A stretch of 63,226 nucleotides of DNA, filler included. It is 6 parts of 6 records of this genome, joined end to end, with 100 filler letters (N's around TTAATTAATTAA, not from the genome) between each part and the next. Parts side by side here need not be neighbours in the genome. Positions count along the whole stretch, not along the records: positions 18,461 to 28,769 come from SRR31156797_1788; positions 28,870 to 42,444 come from SRR31156797_1799; 4 more parts are not named here. One strand, 5' to 3'. This document shows positions 20,563 through 30,011 of the stretch, one piece after another. Both the position numbers and the translations under genes were made by a program. The notes under the pieces were generated by a model that saw only the letters and a program-made list of their open reading frames with translations, did not search any database and had not been told where the DNA came from. Position 1 is the first letter of the stretch, and every line of letters starts with the position of its first letter.

Positions 20563-20768
20563 GGTTTCAATGCGTGTGTAAACGAGAAAAAACGATCTAA
20601 AAAGAACATAATCAGTCAAAAACTATCAAATTCGTTGAAAGCGGATCTGATCCCGTGTTACGAAACCCGGGCCTGCCGCCTGCCGTGGCCGTGATTCGGC
20701 CGAAATCCGAAACCGGATTTGAACGGAGGCGACAGTTTTCGGGCATTCGTTTCACCGGAGGTTCCAAA

Positions 20769-21659
20769 GTGACGAAAATCAATATCATGGTGTCCCGCCA
20801 CTCGGCGTTTTATACGCCGCTGATTGCGACGATCGCAGCGGGGTTTCTGAAAGAAGAAGGGCTGGAATCGACCTATTCGGCGCAAACCGGCAAGCGCACG
20901 GTTTTCGGCGGTTTGCGGGACGGTTCGATCGATATCGGGCAGTCGGCCATCCGAAATCACTGGATGTCGCTGAAAAAGGGTGAAACGCCCGAGGTGGTTC
21001 ATTTTGCCCAAATCAATGAACGTGACGGCTTTTTCATCGCCGGACGCGAGGAAGACGCGGCCTTTGACTGGCAAAAGATGATCGGCAAAACAGTACTGGC
21101 CGATCACGGCGACCAGCCCCTGGCCATGTTCAAGTACGCTTGCCACAAGGCGGGGGTGGACTTTTCCGCCCTTAAAATCATCGATGCCGGCGGCACCGAC
21201 GATATCGACGCGGCATTCCGCAAGGGTTTGGGGGATTACGTTCATCAGCAGGGGCCGGCCCCGCAGCAACTGGAAAAGGACGGTGTCGGTTCCGTCGTGG
21301 CCGCCGTCGGCAACGCCATCGGGCCGGTCGCCTTCAGCAGCCTTGTGGCACGCAGGGATTGGCTGGATACGGATGAATGCTCGGCTTTTTTGAGAGCCTA
21401 CCGACGGGCCCGGGCCTGGGTGCTGGAAGCCCCGGCGCAGGAAATTGCCGCGGTGGAATTGGAGTTCTTCGCCGGAACCGATGCCGATGTCTTGGCGAAA
21501 ACCATCGAATCCTATCAGAAACTGGGATGCTGGTCGGCGGATCCGCGGATATCCAGGGAGGCCTATGAAACGGCCCTCGACGTCTTTGTTCACAGCGGCG
21601 ATATCGACGTCCGGTATCCGTTTGAAGATGTCGTTCCCGACATATTCGAGGCCGTGTAG
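20769..21659 (+). CDS. NMT1/THI5/SsuA-like substrate-binding-fold protein without an evident signal peptide
   Basis: GGAGG then GTG start; FYTPL...GFLKEEGL, FAQINERDGFFI. Confidence 0.75.
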   Translation: MTKINIMVSRHSAFYTPLIATIAAGFLKEEGLESTYSAQTGKRTVFGGLRDGSIDIGQSAIRNHWMSLKKGETPEVVHFAQINERDGFFIAGREEDAAFDWQKMIGKTVLADHGDQPLAMFKYACHKAGVDFSALKIIDAGGTDDIDAAFRKGLGDYVHQQGPAPQQLEKDGVGSVVAAVGNAIGPVAFSSLVARRDWLDTDECSAFLRAYRRARAWVLEAPAQEIAAVELEFFAGTDADVLAKTIESYQKLGCWSADPRISREAYETALDVFVHSGDIDVRYPFEDVVPDIFEAV

Positions 21660-21755
21660 GTTCGGCCCGGCATTCGACGGGGCGTCCGTCGGTAAATCGA
21701 ACGGCCGGTCAGCCTGTTGGGCTGCCGGCCGTTGGTTGTTTCGGAAGGCGCGAAA

Positions 21756-22052
21756 TCAGTTCGATTCCACATTTACAAGCGTGCGGACGCGGTCCTTGAC
21801 CATCGGTTGGAAGCCCTCGACAAAACCGGGCATGTAGGGTTGCTGGGTGTGCGTCTGCAGGGCGTCGTCGTCTTTGTATACCTCATAGAGAAATACCGTG
21901 GTCGGATCGTCGGCGCTGACACTGACGTCGAAATAGGTGCATCCGGGTTCGTTGTCGCGCACGCGCTGGGCATGCCGGGTTGCGAAGGCGACGAAATCGT
22001 CGACACGATCCGGCTTGCAATGGAATTCAACGATCAGGGCTTTCCGGCTCAT
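21756..22052 (-). CDS. Antibiotic biosynthesis monooxygenase (ABM/LsrG/YgiN-like) protein
   Basis: EPGCTYFDV, FLYEVYKDDDALQTH; AAAGG RBS before MSRKAL. Confidence 0.85.
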   Translation of the reverse strand: MSRKALIVEFHCKPDRVDDFVAFATRHAQRVRDNEPGCTYFDVSVSADDPTTVFLYEVYKDDDALQTHTQQPYMPGFVEGFQPMVKDRVRTLVNVESN

Positions 22053-22290
22053 TTCAATGGTCCTTTTTATCAAATTCGAAAGCGTGGTCTCCAATCGATC
22101 GGGATTGGCGCCGCTAGAACTACTGCCGATGAACGAACCGGGTCAACAGTGATTGAAAAAGTTCTTTTTTGACCAAATCGTGGAAAGGCTCAAGAATTTA
22201 CACAAATATCTTTTTTATAACAATGTACTAGACATGAATCGTCGCGACCACCGGCGGTCTCGGCTCAAGAATCGGCATCGAAAAGGGCCA

Positions 22291-22324
22291 AAAATGATAG
22301 AAAATGAACGAATATGATTGAAAA
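22291..22324. promoter_or_regulatory. Phased 10-bp direct repeats, candidate DeoR operator
   Basis: AAAATGATAG-AAAATGAACG-AATATGATTG-AAAA upstream of the TAXI gene. Confidence 0.45.
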
Positions 22325-22562
22325 CGGTGGCCGACTTGTGCACGATGCCATTCGAAACGCGGCGGCGGGGTGATCAACGCCATCGTCGCCGCTCTCTCGG
22401 AAGATCTGGGGAAAGTGCCGCGCGGTTCCGGCCGCGGGCGATCCATGGATGCCGGGGGCAAACGGTTCGGCGGTCGGGCGGTTTTCGCCCGGGAGGCCGG
22501 CTGCGGGAGTTGAGGCGGCGACAAGCGTCGCCACGTCCAGGGAGCGGAGAAGGAGAGGCTAA

Positions 22563-23570
22563 ATGAAATCGTTCATCAGGAAGGGATTGGCACTCGGCGT
22601 GGCCCTTGTTGCATCGCAGGCCCTTGCCGTCGGTGCCGGGGCCGGTGAGGTCAGCGGCAAATACAAATGGGGAAGCGGGTCAAGCACCGGAACATTCCAG
22701 ATCATCGTCGGGGCCGTATCCGAAAAGCTGAAAGCGGCGAATCCGGATTTGGACTTCACCCTGGTTCCCGGCGGTTCCGTCGGCAATACCATGCGCATGG
22801 GCGGCAAGGGCGATTTTCCGATCGCGATGATCAGCGGACTGCCGGCGAAGCTCGGGTATCGCGGCGAATTGGTCGTGAAGGGCAAGAAGGTCGGTCCGTA
22901 CAAGGATTTGCGGGGCGTCGCGGCGATCTATTACCAGCACTTCCAGTTCGTCGTGCCGAAGGAATTTCCGGCCGAGTACATCGAAGAGGTCGTCGAAAAG
23001 AAAATGAAGATCAAGCTCGTCCCGGGCGGACCGCGCGGACATCTGGGCGTCATGGCCTTCCGCGATGTGCTGTCGACGATGGGCGTGACCTACAAAGACA
23101 TGGAAGCCTGGGGCGCCAAGGTCATCTATGCGGAGTTCAGCGAAGCCACGACCGGCATCCAGGACGGCGACATCGATATGTTCACGCCCCTAACTGCGGC
23201 GCCGAACGGATCGATCACCAGCCTGGCGACGCAACGGCCGATCAAGTTCCTGAAAATGCGTCCGGAAACCATGGATAAGATGGCCAAGCTCGGGTACTCG
23301 TCCGGCACCCTGCCAGCGGGAAGCTATCCCGGCCAGGATTACGACCTGACGGTAAGCGTCGATTCCGCCTCTTTCTTCGCGCGTTCGGATACGCCGGACG
23401 ATCTGGTCTACGCCGTTGCCAAGTTTGTCGCGTCGAACGAGGACTTCATGAAGTCCATCCATCGTCGCACCAGGGAAGACTTCACGGCCAAGGGCGCGCC
23501 GATGGGGCTTGGCATGCCGCTGCATCCGGGCGCTGAAAAGGCGTACAAGGATCTCGGTCTGATCAAGTAG
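22563..23570 (+). CDS. TAXI family TRAP transporter solute-binding protein
   Basis: Signal peptide, GSSTGTF, GGSVGN, LPAGSYPG, PLHPGAEKAYKDLG. Confidence 0.92.
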   Translation: MKSFIRKGLALGVALVASQALAVGAGAGEVSGKYKWGSGSSTGTFQIIVGAVSEKLKAANPDLDFTLVPGGSVGNTMRMGGKGDFPIAMISGLPAKLGYRGELVVKGKKVGPYKDLRGVAAIYYQHFQFVVPKEFPAEYIEEVVEKKMKIKLVPGGPRGHLGVMAFRDVLSTMGVTYKDMEAWGAKVIYAEFSEATTGIQDGDIDMFTPLTAAPNGSITSLATQRPIKFLKMRPETMDKMAKLGYSSGTLPAGSYPGQDYDLTVSVDSASFFARSDTPDDLVYAVAKFVASNEDFMKSIHRRTREDFTAKGAPMGLGMPLHPGAEKAYKDLGLIK

Positions 23571-23757
23571 GGTCGGACAAACACATCAATCGGATCAAAC
23601 ATTCCCATGTCCTGCGCGCAGCCCCGAGTTGATTTTCTGGACTGCGCGCAGCCTTTTTCGGGACACCCGCGCCCGTTGCCAAGGTTGCCGCCTGTCGCAC
23701 GATCGCGGTTCGATCGGAAACCAAGAAACATCTAATCAAATTCGGAGCAGGGACGTC

Positions 23758-25662
23758 GTGCAGAATGAAATCGCAGAGAATGCCGAAGCCGGCAACTGGA
23801 GCGCCTCCCGCGTGATCGGGATGACGATTGCGGCGGTTGCCGTCGCCATGGCGGTTTTTCATTTCTACACCGCCGGTTTCGGCATTCTTGAACCGCTCAA
23901 GCAGCGGACGGTCCATCTGACATTTGCCCTGGTCCTGGCGTTCCTCATGTTCCCGTCAAAGGACCGGAAGTCCGGTCAGGCGAATTGGCTGGACGTCGGG
24001 CTGGCGCTGCTGTCCTGCATTCCCATCGCTTATTTCTGGTTCGACTACGAACGCATTACCGAACGCATCGAATATGTCGATCCGATTACCCTGCCGGATC
24101 ATTTCGTATCGGTTCTTCTCATCGCCCTGGTATTCATCGCCACCCGACGGGTGATCGGCATGTCGATGGTCTGGGTTGTGGTTGCGGCGATCGCCTATGG
24201 CTTCCTGGGGGTCCATATCCCGGGGGCTTTCGGGCATACGGGCCTCGATTGGGTGACGTTCATCGATCAACAGGTGATGACGATGGGCGGCATTTACACG
24301 ATACCCGTCGCCGTTTCGTCGACCTATGTCGTGATCTTCGTTTTGTTCGGCGCCCTGCTCGTCAAAACCGGAATGGGCGAAGCCATGATCGACATGGCGA
24401 AGGCGATTGCCGGACATACCCGCGGCGGGCCGGCGAAGGTTGCCGTCCTGTCAAGCGGCCTGTTCGGGTCGATCAACGGAAGCTCGGTCGCCAACGTCGT
24501 CGCGACCGGATCGTTCACGATTCCATTGATGAAGGGGGTCGGATACCGGCCGTATTTTGCCGGCGCGGTGGAATCGGCGGCGTCGATCGGAGGCCAATTC
24601 ATGCCGCCGGTGATGGGAGCGGCGGCGTTTATCATGGTCGAGGTCACCGGTATCGACTACCTGTCGATCATCGTGGCGGCGGCGATTCCGGCCTGCCTCT
24701 ATTACGCGGCGTTGCTGTTCGCCGTACATTTCGAGGCCGGCCGACTGGGGCTTCCGGTGCTGGTGAGATTCAGCCGCAAGGAGGTCCTGCAGACGCTGGT
24801 GCGCCTGATCCCCTTCATGATCCCGATCGGGGCGCTTCTGTTTGCGCTGGTCCAGGGCTATTCGCCGATCCGGGCGGGGTTCTGGGCGACCTGCAGTCTG
24901 CTGGTCGTATCCTATCTGCGCAAGGAAACCCGTCTTGACGCCAAAGGGCTTTTGGAAGCCGCCGAGATGGGGGCGAAGAATGCGTCGATCATTGCCGTTA
25001 CCTGCGCGGCGGCGGGAATGGTCATCGGCATCGTCTATGTGCTCGGTCTCGGCATCAAATTCGCCAGCGCCATTCTGTCGGTCTCCGGAGGCGCTCTCTA
25101 TCTGGCGCTGCCTCTGGTTATGATTACGTCGATTCTGTTGGGAATGGGGCTTCCGACATCCGCCGCTTATGTCATCGTTGCCACGGTCGCGGCTCCTTCG
25201 CTTGTCGAGATGGGTGTGCCGCAATTGCCGACACACCTTTTCGTCCTGTTTTTCGGATGCATTTCATCGATGACCCCGCCGGTTGCCGTCGCCTCATATG
25301 CGGCGGCGGGCGTTGCCGGCGCCGATCCCATGCGCACCGGATTCACGGCCTTCCGCCTGGGCATCGCCGGGTTCATTATTCCGTACCTGTTCGTGTTCTG
25401 GCCGGCCCTGATGCTTGAGGGAAGCTGGTACGAAAGCCTGATCGCCGTCGTCCCCGCCTTCGTCGGCATCATGGCTTTGGCGGCCGCCGCGATCGGCTGG
25501 TTCTATTCGCCCCTGAACATGATGATGCGAACCGGTTATTTTGCCGCCGCATTGATGTTGATGATGCCGGGTTTGCTGACCGACGGGATCGGCGCGGCGA
25601 TCGTCATCGGCCTGTCGATCCTGGCCCGACGGCGCCGGCAACCTGAAAAGCAACCATCCTGA
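23758..25662 (+). CDS. TRAP transporter fused 4TM/12TM permease
   Basis: GGPAKVAV, GSSVANV, GGQFMPPVMGAAAF, LGMGLPT, TPPVA; GTG start inferred. Confidence 0.92.
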   Translation: MQNEIAENAEAGNWSASRVIGMTIAAVAVAMAVFHFYTAGFGILEPLKQRTVHLTFALVLAFLMFPSKDRKSGQANWLDVGLALLSCIPIAYFWFDYERITERIEYVDPITLPDHFVSVLLIALVFIATRRVIGMSMVWVVVAAIAYGFLGVHIPGAFGHTGLDWVTFIDQQVMTMGGIYTIPVAVSSTYVVIFVLFGALLVKTGMGEAMIDMAKAIAGHTRGGPAKVAVLSSGLFGSINGSSVANVVATGSFTIPLMKGVGYRPYFAGAVESAASIGGQFMPPVMGAAAFIMVEVTGIDYLSIIVAAAIPACLYYAALLFAVHFEAGRLGLPVLVRFSRKEVLQTLVRLIPFMIPIGALLFALVQGYSPIRAGFWATCSLLVVSYLRKETRLDAKGLLEAAEMGAKNASIIAVTCAAAGMVIGIVYVLGLGIKFASAILSVSGGALYLALPLVMITSILLGMGLPTSAAYVIVATVAAPSLVEMGVPQLPTHLFVLFFGCISSMTPPVAVASYAAAGVAGADPMRTGFTAFRLGIAGFIIPYLFVFWPALMLEGSWYESLIAVVPAFVGIMALAAAAIGWFYSPLNMMMRTGYFAAALMLMMPGLLTDGIGAAIVIGLSILARRRRQPEKQPS

Positions 25663-25697
25663 GGTTGCCGGGGAGGGAGAAACGGGGCCGGTTGTTT

Positions 25698-26870
25698 CTA
25701 GCGCGAAATACGGAAGGGGCCGACCTGGGCGGCGCGCACTTGCGGGCCGCCTTCGCCGTCCGTCCACCAAACCAGTTCGGCCGCATCGCCGCGTTTTGGC
25801 AACGGCGGGTCGCCGAGAAGGCGTAGCGGATGGATGCGGGCGAAATTGACCATGTCCCCGAGGCCCATGCCGAACCAGCCGACGAGGTTCCGGGCCATGC
25901 TTTCCATGGTTGCCGATGATCCGCCGAGATAGCGCACGCCGGGTTCGCGGACGACGCCGTCGGCACATTTTTCGATGGTAATATCGCCAAGCGTGTAAAG
26001 GCCGGGTTCGGCGGCGGCCCCGGCCGTGGCGTCGGTAACCAGGACCGTTCGGTCGTATTCCTTGGCCCGCAGATAGACCTTCAGGATGGTCGGCGGGATG
26101 TGAATGCCGTCGGCGATGAAACTGGCGCTCAGGCGATCTTCGGAAAGCTGCGCGATCAGCGGGTTGCCGTTTTTTTCCAGGCTGTGGGAGACCGCGTTGC
26201 CAAGGTGGGTCGACAACCGCGCCCCGGCCTTGGCCGCGGCCTCGATCCGATCGGCCGACGCGTTGGTATGGCCGAGCCCGACCGTGATGCCGCGCGCCGT
26301 GGCGGCGGCGATGAATTCGAGCACGCCATCGCGTTCGGGGGCGACGGTTACCAGGCGCACCGGTGTTTGCAGGCCGTCGACGATGCGGTCGAACACGGCC
26401 ATGTCGGCGCCGAGCATATGCTGTTTCGGATGGCATCCGGCATAGCCGTTCTCCGGCGACAGAAACGGGCCTTCGACGTGAAAACCGGCGACCATCCACG
26501 GCCCGAGACGGCTTTCGGCGACGGCCCGGTCGAGGGAGCGAAGCCGCGCCGCCATGTTTTCGACCGACGAGGTAATGACGGTCGGCAGGCAGCGCGTCGT
26601 GCCGCCGGCCAGCATGGCGGCGAGTGCACGGTCGATGTCGGCGGCGGTCAGGTCGTCGCGGTTGAAATCGACGCCGGCGAAACCGTTGACCTGGATATCG
26701 ACCAGTCCGAGGGTGACGGTGATATCGCCGGGCCGGCAGTTTCCGATTGCCTTCGAATGCGTGACTTTTCCGGCCAGGTCGACCTGCACGTGCAGGCAAT
26801 CGCCCTTGCCGCCGGCGACAACCTGTGTATCGACCTCAGTTCCGATTTCCACCCGTTCGAGGGTCATCAC
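25698..26870 (-). CDS. nagA: N-acetylglucosamine-6-phosphate deacetylase family amidohydrolase
   Basis: DIQVNG, HVEGPFL, VTVAPE, GHT, THLGN, FIADGIH, LVTDA. Confidence 0.85.
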   Translation of the reverse strand: MMTLERVEIGTEVDTQVVAGGKGDCLHVQVDLAGKVTHSKAIGNCRPGDITVTLGLVDIQVNGFAGVDFNRDDLTAADIDRALAAMLAGGTTRCLPTVITSSVENMAARLRSLDRAVAESRLGPWMVAGFHVEGPFLSPENGYAGCHPKQHMLGADMAVFDRIVDGLQTPVRLVTVAPERDGVLEFIAAATARGITVGLGHTNASADRIEAAAKAGARLSTHLGNAVSHSLEKNGNPLIAQLSEDRLSASFIADGIHIPPTILKVYLRAKEYDRTVLVTDATAGAAAEPGLYTLGDITIEKCADGVVREPGVRYLGGSSATMESMARNLVGWFGMGLGDMVNFARIHPLRLLGDPPLPKRGDAAELVWWTDGEGGPQVRAAQVGPFRISR

Positions 26871-26882
26871 CGTTTTTCCCTG

Positions 26883-27623
26883 TCAGGTGTTCAACAGCCG
26901 CGACGAATCGGTATCGAGAAACAACGTGCAGTCGCCATGGGTGCGCAGGATCGAGGCCGGAACCGCGTTGGTCAATTCGCCTTCGATCGTGTTCCTGACC
27001 GCCGTCGCCTTGATGGCGCCGGGAACCGTGACCAGCAAGGTCTTGGCGGTGAGGATGCGCCGGATGCTCATCGAGATGGCCTGCGCCGGAACGTCCTCGG
27101 GGGTGGGAAACCAGCCCTCCCGGTGCTGCTGTTTCCGGCAGGCTTCATCGAGGGTGACGATCAGGAACGGTTTTTCGGTTTCGAAGTCGGCCGGCGGATC
27201 GTTGAAGGCGAGGTGGCCGTTGTCGCCGATGCCGATGAAGGCGACATCGACGACCTTGTCCGTGATCAGCGCATCGAGGCGCGCGGCTTCGGCCTCGGCG
27301 TCGTCGGCTTCGCCATCGATGTAGTGAAAAGACTTCAGTCCGGGAACCTTGTCGACGAACCGTTCCTTCAGATAGCGGCGGAACGACGCCCGATGGGAGA
27401 TCGGCAGGCCGATATATTCGTCCAGATGGAAACACTCGACCCGGGACCAGTCGATATCAGGCACCCCGATCAAGTGGGTCAGCATTTCGATCTGGCTGGC
27501 GCCGGTGGCCAGGATGACGGTGGCGCCGCCCTTGTGTTCGATCGCGTCGCGAATTTTGTCGGCCCCGGCCGCGGCGACGGCGGCGCCCATTGCCGCCCTG
27601 TCGTCAATAACCCGAATATCCAA
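26883..27623 (-). CDS. Glucosamine/galactosamine-6-phosphate isomerase (NagB-like)
   Basis: ATGASQ, FHLDEY, GIGDNGHLAFNDPP, PASILR. Confidence 0.85.
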   Translation of the reverse strand: MDIRVIDDRAAMGAAVAAAGADKIRDAIEHKGGATVILATGASQIEMLTHLIGVPDIDWSRVECFHLDEYIGLPISHRASFRRYLKERFVDKVPGLKSFHYIDGEADDAEAEAARLDALITDKVVDVAFIGIGDNGHLAFNDPPADFETEKPFLIVTLDEACRKQQHREGWFPTPEDVPAQAISMSIRRILTAKTLLVTVPGAIKATAVRNTIEGELTNAVPASILRTHGDCTLFLDTDSSRLLNT

Positions 27624-27660
27624 TTCCGTTTCTCCCGTTTGGTGATTTGGTCGCCTGCAC

Positions 27661-28428
27661 TTACGCCAGATGCTTCACCCGTGGAATATATTTTTCCTCC
27701 AGCGCCCGGTTGGCATCGTCGCCGCCCGGCAGGTTGGCGCTGCGCCACAGGGGCGGCGTTCCGCCGCCGGCGGCAATGCGCTTGACCGTTTCCATCATCA
27801 ACAGGTTGATCGTGAAGGCATTGCAGAATGTCGATGTCGGGCCGGTTTTTTCCGGCGATCCGTCGATTTTCATGACCGCGTCGCCCAGGGGCAGCCGGCA
27901 ATCCAGGAAGTGGTCGACTTCGCGATACAGGACCTTGCCGGAAGGATGGCGGGCCGGATGATCGGCCGGCAGGCTGTCGGCAAAGGATCGGGACGTGATG
28001 CCGACCGACACCATGCCGCGCTTTTTCGCCTCAAGCGCGACGTCGATGCACATGGCGTTGACGCCGTAGGCGTTGACGATGACGATCGCCTCGCCGGGGG
28101 TGCGCCCGACCCGATAGCTGTCGAGCACCCGGGCCGCGTATCCGGGCGTGCGTTCGACGATGTTGGATCGCTTGGCGCCGTGAATCAGGTTGAACCCGGC
28201 GTCGAGACTGGCGTTGATCGGGGCCAGGCCGCCGGCCCGCCAAAGCACCTCTTCGGCGGCCATGCTGGAATGGCCGCCGGGACCGATGACATGGACCAAC
28301 TGATCGCGGAGAATCGATTGGGCGAGCGCGTCGGCGGCCTTTTCGATGGCGGGCGTCCCTTCGAGGATGTCGTCCATCAGCGACGAAATGATGTCCTTGT
28401 AACATCGGAATTCAGCGTTCTGCGGCAT
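27661..28428 (-). CDS. SIS (sugar isomerase) domain protein, UPF0309-like
   Basis: GGHS, RAGGL, ERTPG, GPTST, WRSANLPGGD. Confidence 0.85.
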   Translation of the reverse strand: MPQNAEFRCYKDIISSLMDDILEGTPAIEKAADALAQSILRDQLVHVIGPGGHSSMAAEEVLWRAGGLAPINASLDAGFNLIHGAKRSNIVERTPGYAARVLDSYRVGRTPGEAIVIVNAYGVNAMCIDVALEAKKRGMVSVGITSRSFADSLPADHPARHPSGKVLYREVDHFLDCRLPLGDAVMKIDGSPEKTGPTSTFCNAFTINLLMMETVKRIAAGGGTPPLWRSANLPGGDDANRALEEKYIPRVKHLA

Positions 28429-28769
28429 CGTTCCCGTTTCCTTTTTGATTGAGGTTCTGTATGGCCGCGGCGATGCGATCGAGCGCGAACAGAAGCATCA
28501 GCGCCCCGCACACCGGTGCCGCGGCATAGGCATAACCGGTTGGCAGATCCCAGGTATCGAAGGGAATGCGCATGCGTTTGTCGGCGATTTCCCAACCCTT
28601 GAAGATCAGCAGCCCGAAAAACGCCGTCGACACCAGGTCGATTGCGAGGTCGAGCCGCAACTTTTTTCGCGGCGCCAGGTTGCGGACGAAAAAGTCCATG
28701 GTCAGGTGGCCCTGCGCCGCATACAGCACGGTCGCCCCCAGGAAGACGCCCCAGATGAACAGGAACCGG
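28412..28769 (-). CDS. TRAP transporter small permease (DctQ-like), 5' truncated
   Basis: IWGVFLGA...GHLTMDFF and TM pattern; frame runs into the spacer. Confidence 0.8.
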
Positions 28770-28869
28770 NNNNNNNNNNNNNNNNNNNNNNNNNNNNNNN
28801 NNNNNNNNNNNNNTTAATTAATTAANNNNNNNNNNNNNNNNNNNNNNNNNNNNNNNNNNNNNNNNNNNN
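28770..28869. other. Artificial contig spacer
   Basis: N44-TTAATTAATTAA-N44. Confidence 0.98.
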
Positions 28870-29335
28870 TTTTTCTATTCCTGAACCGGAAGTATTCCTT
28901 TTTTATTCTGCCTTTGGATATATACAGGCTCAGGCCGATGCCGGTACCCCAGAAAAGGAGAATAGGGTATGGAGACACTTCATCGGCATCCGCCCGCTCC
29001 ACTACCCCTTTCCTTAATGGAGAGTACAGAATGGGGACGGATTCATCATGTCCGTATGCATCACTCCAATCGGGGTATCTGGAGCGGTATATCCCAGTCG
29101 ATCTGTTCCCGTTCCTGTCCGTATAACTCACCTTGTAATAATACATTGTCGTCTGCGGATGCGAACCTTCCAGCACATTCCACGTACCTACGACCCGACC
29201 TGTCGTCTCGATACCCGCAATGTGCCAGAAACTGACGATGGTGAGATAGATAACGCTCATCAAAATGGCAATGTATACGCCTATGAAGCAAGGCCAGAGA
29301 GGGTCTTGCCGGCTTTTCCCCTTCACTCTTTTCAT
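28870..29335 (-). CDS. DUF3592-like membrane protein, 3' truncated
   Basis: TM, then TTGRVV...YYYKVSYTD...VPILYSP, then TM. Confidence 0.55.
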
Positions 29336-29685
29336 TTGAAACCTATGCCGAGGTGACAGCCCGAAAGATGAAGGGATACGAAATCTCTGCTTTCGCCAGT
29401 GGACTCATCCTCACCCCAAGCCCTCACGCCGTATAACACGGCGGTCCGATTCCCAAAGGGGCTTTTAAACGCTCCGCACACCGTCACGCCGGTTATGGAC
29501 AGCTCATCACCGGAACGGCCCCGGGAGTAGATTCCTTCATCACTGACCGTATCGACAATTATGAATTCCACTGACGTGCGGAGTCGCCCGGCATTCCCAG
29601 CGCATCCGACTTCCGCGGGCATAATTCGGGGAACCGCAAGCAATGCGAGGAGAATGGCACAGAATAAGACAGGATGTCTGTTCAT
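29332..29685 (-). CDS. Hypothetical exported protein
   Basis: AAAGGA RBS, signal-like N-terminus, ATGA-type overlap with the next gene. Confidence 0.5.
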   Translation of the reverse strand: MNRHPVLFCAILLALLAVPRIMPAEVGCAGNAGRLRTSVEFIIVDTVSDEGIYSRGRSGDELSITGVTVCGAFKSPFGNRTAVLYGVRAWGEDESTGESRDFVSLHLSGCHLGIGFK

Positions 29686-30011
29686 GGGGAATGTCCTTTT
29701 TTACTGATGGATAAGGTATCGATTGTCCGATCCCGATTCAAGTTCGATAATGAATATACCATATGTGAGACGATCGAAGTATCGTAAGATAAGGAAACTC
29801 ATCTTAATCCCCTGTACCATCGCACAGCCGCGGGAACGGCGTTTTCTGCAGGCGCAGACCGTCTCGCCCCTTCTTCCTGCCATTGTCTCATAAATGCTTC
29901 TGTTTCATCCCTTTGCAAAACGGCCTCCATTCCACTTGAGAACTGCCTATAGGGGAATTATCATTTAAATTTGGATTCCCGTGCAAAACAATAAAGGGTG
30001 AGGAGCTATTA

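Noticed and set aside
11907-27623. nagB (contig 1) and nagA/nagB-like (contig 2) as one pathway, or linked to GlrKR in contig 5
   Set aside because: They are separated by spacers and apparently come from different organisms.
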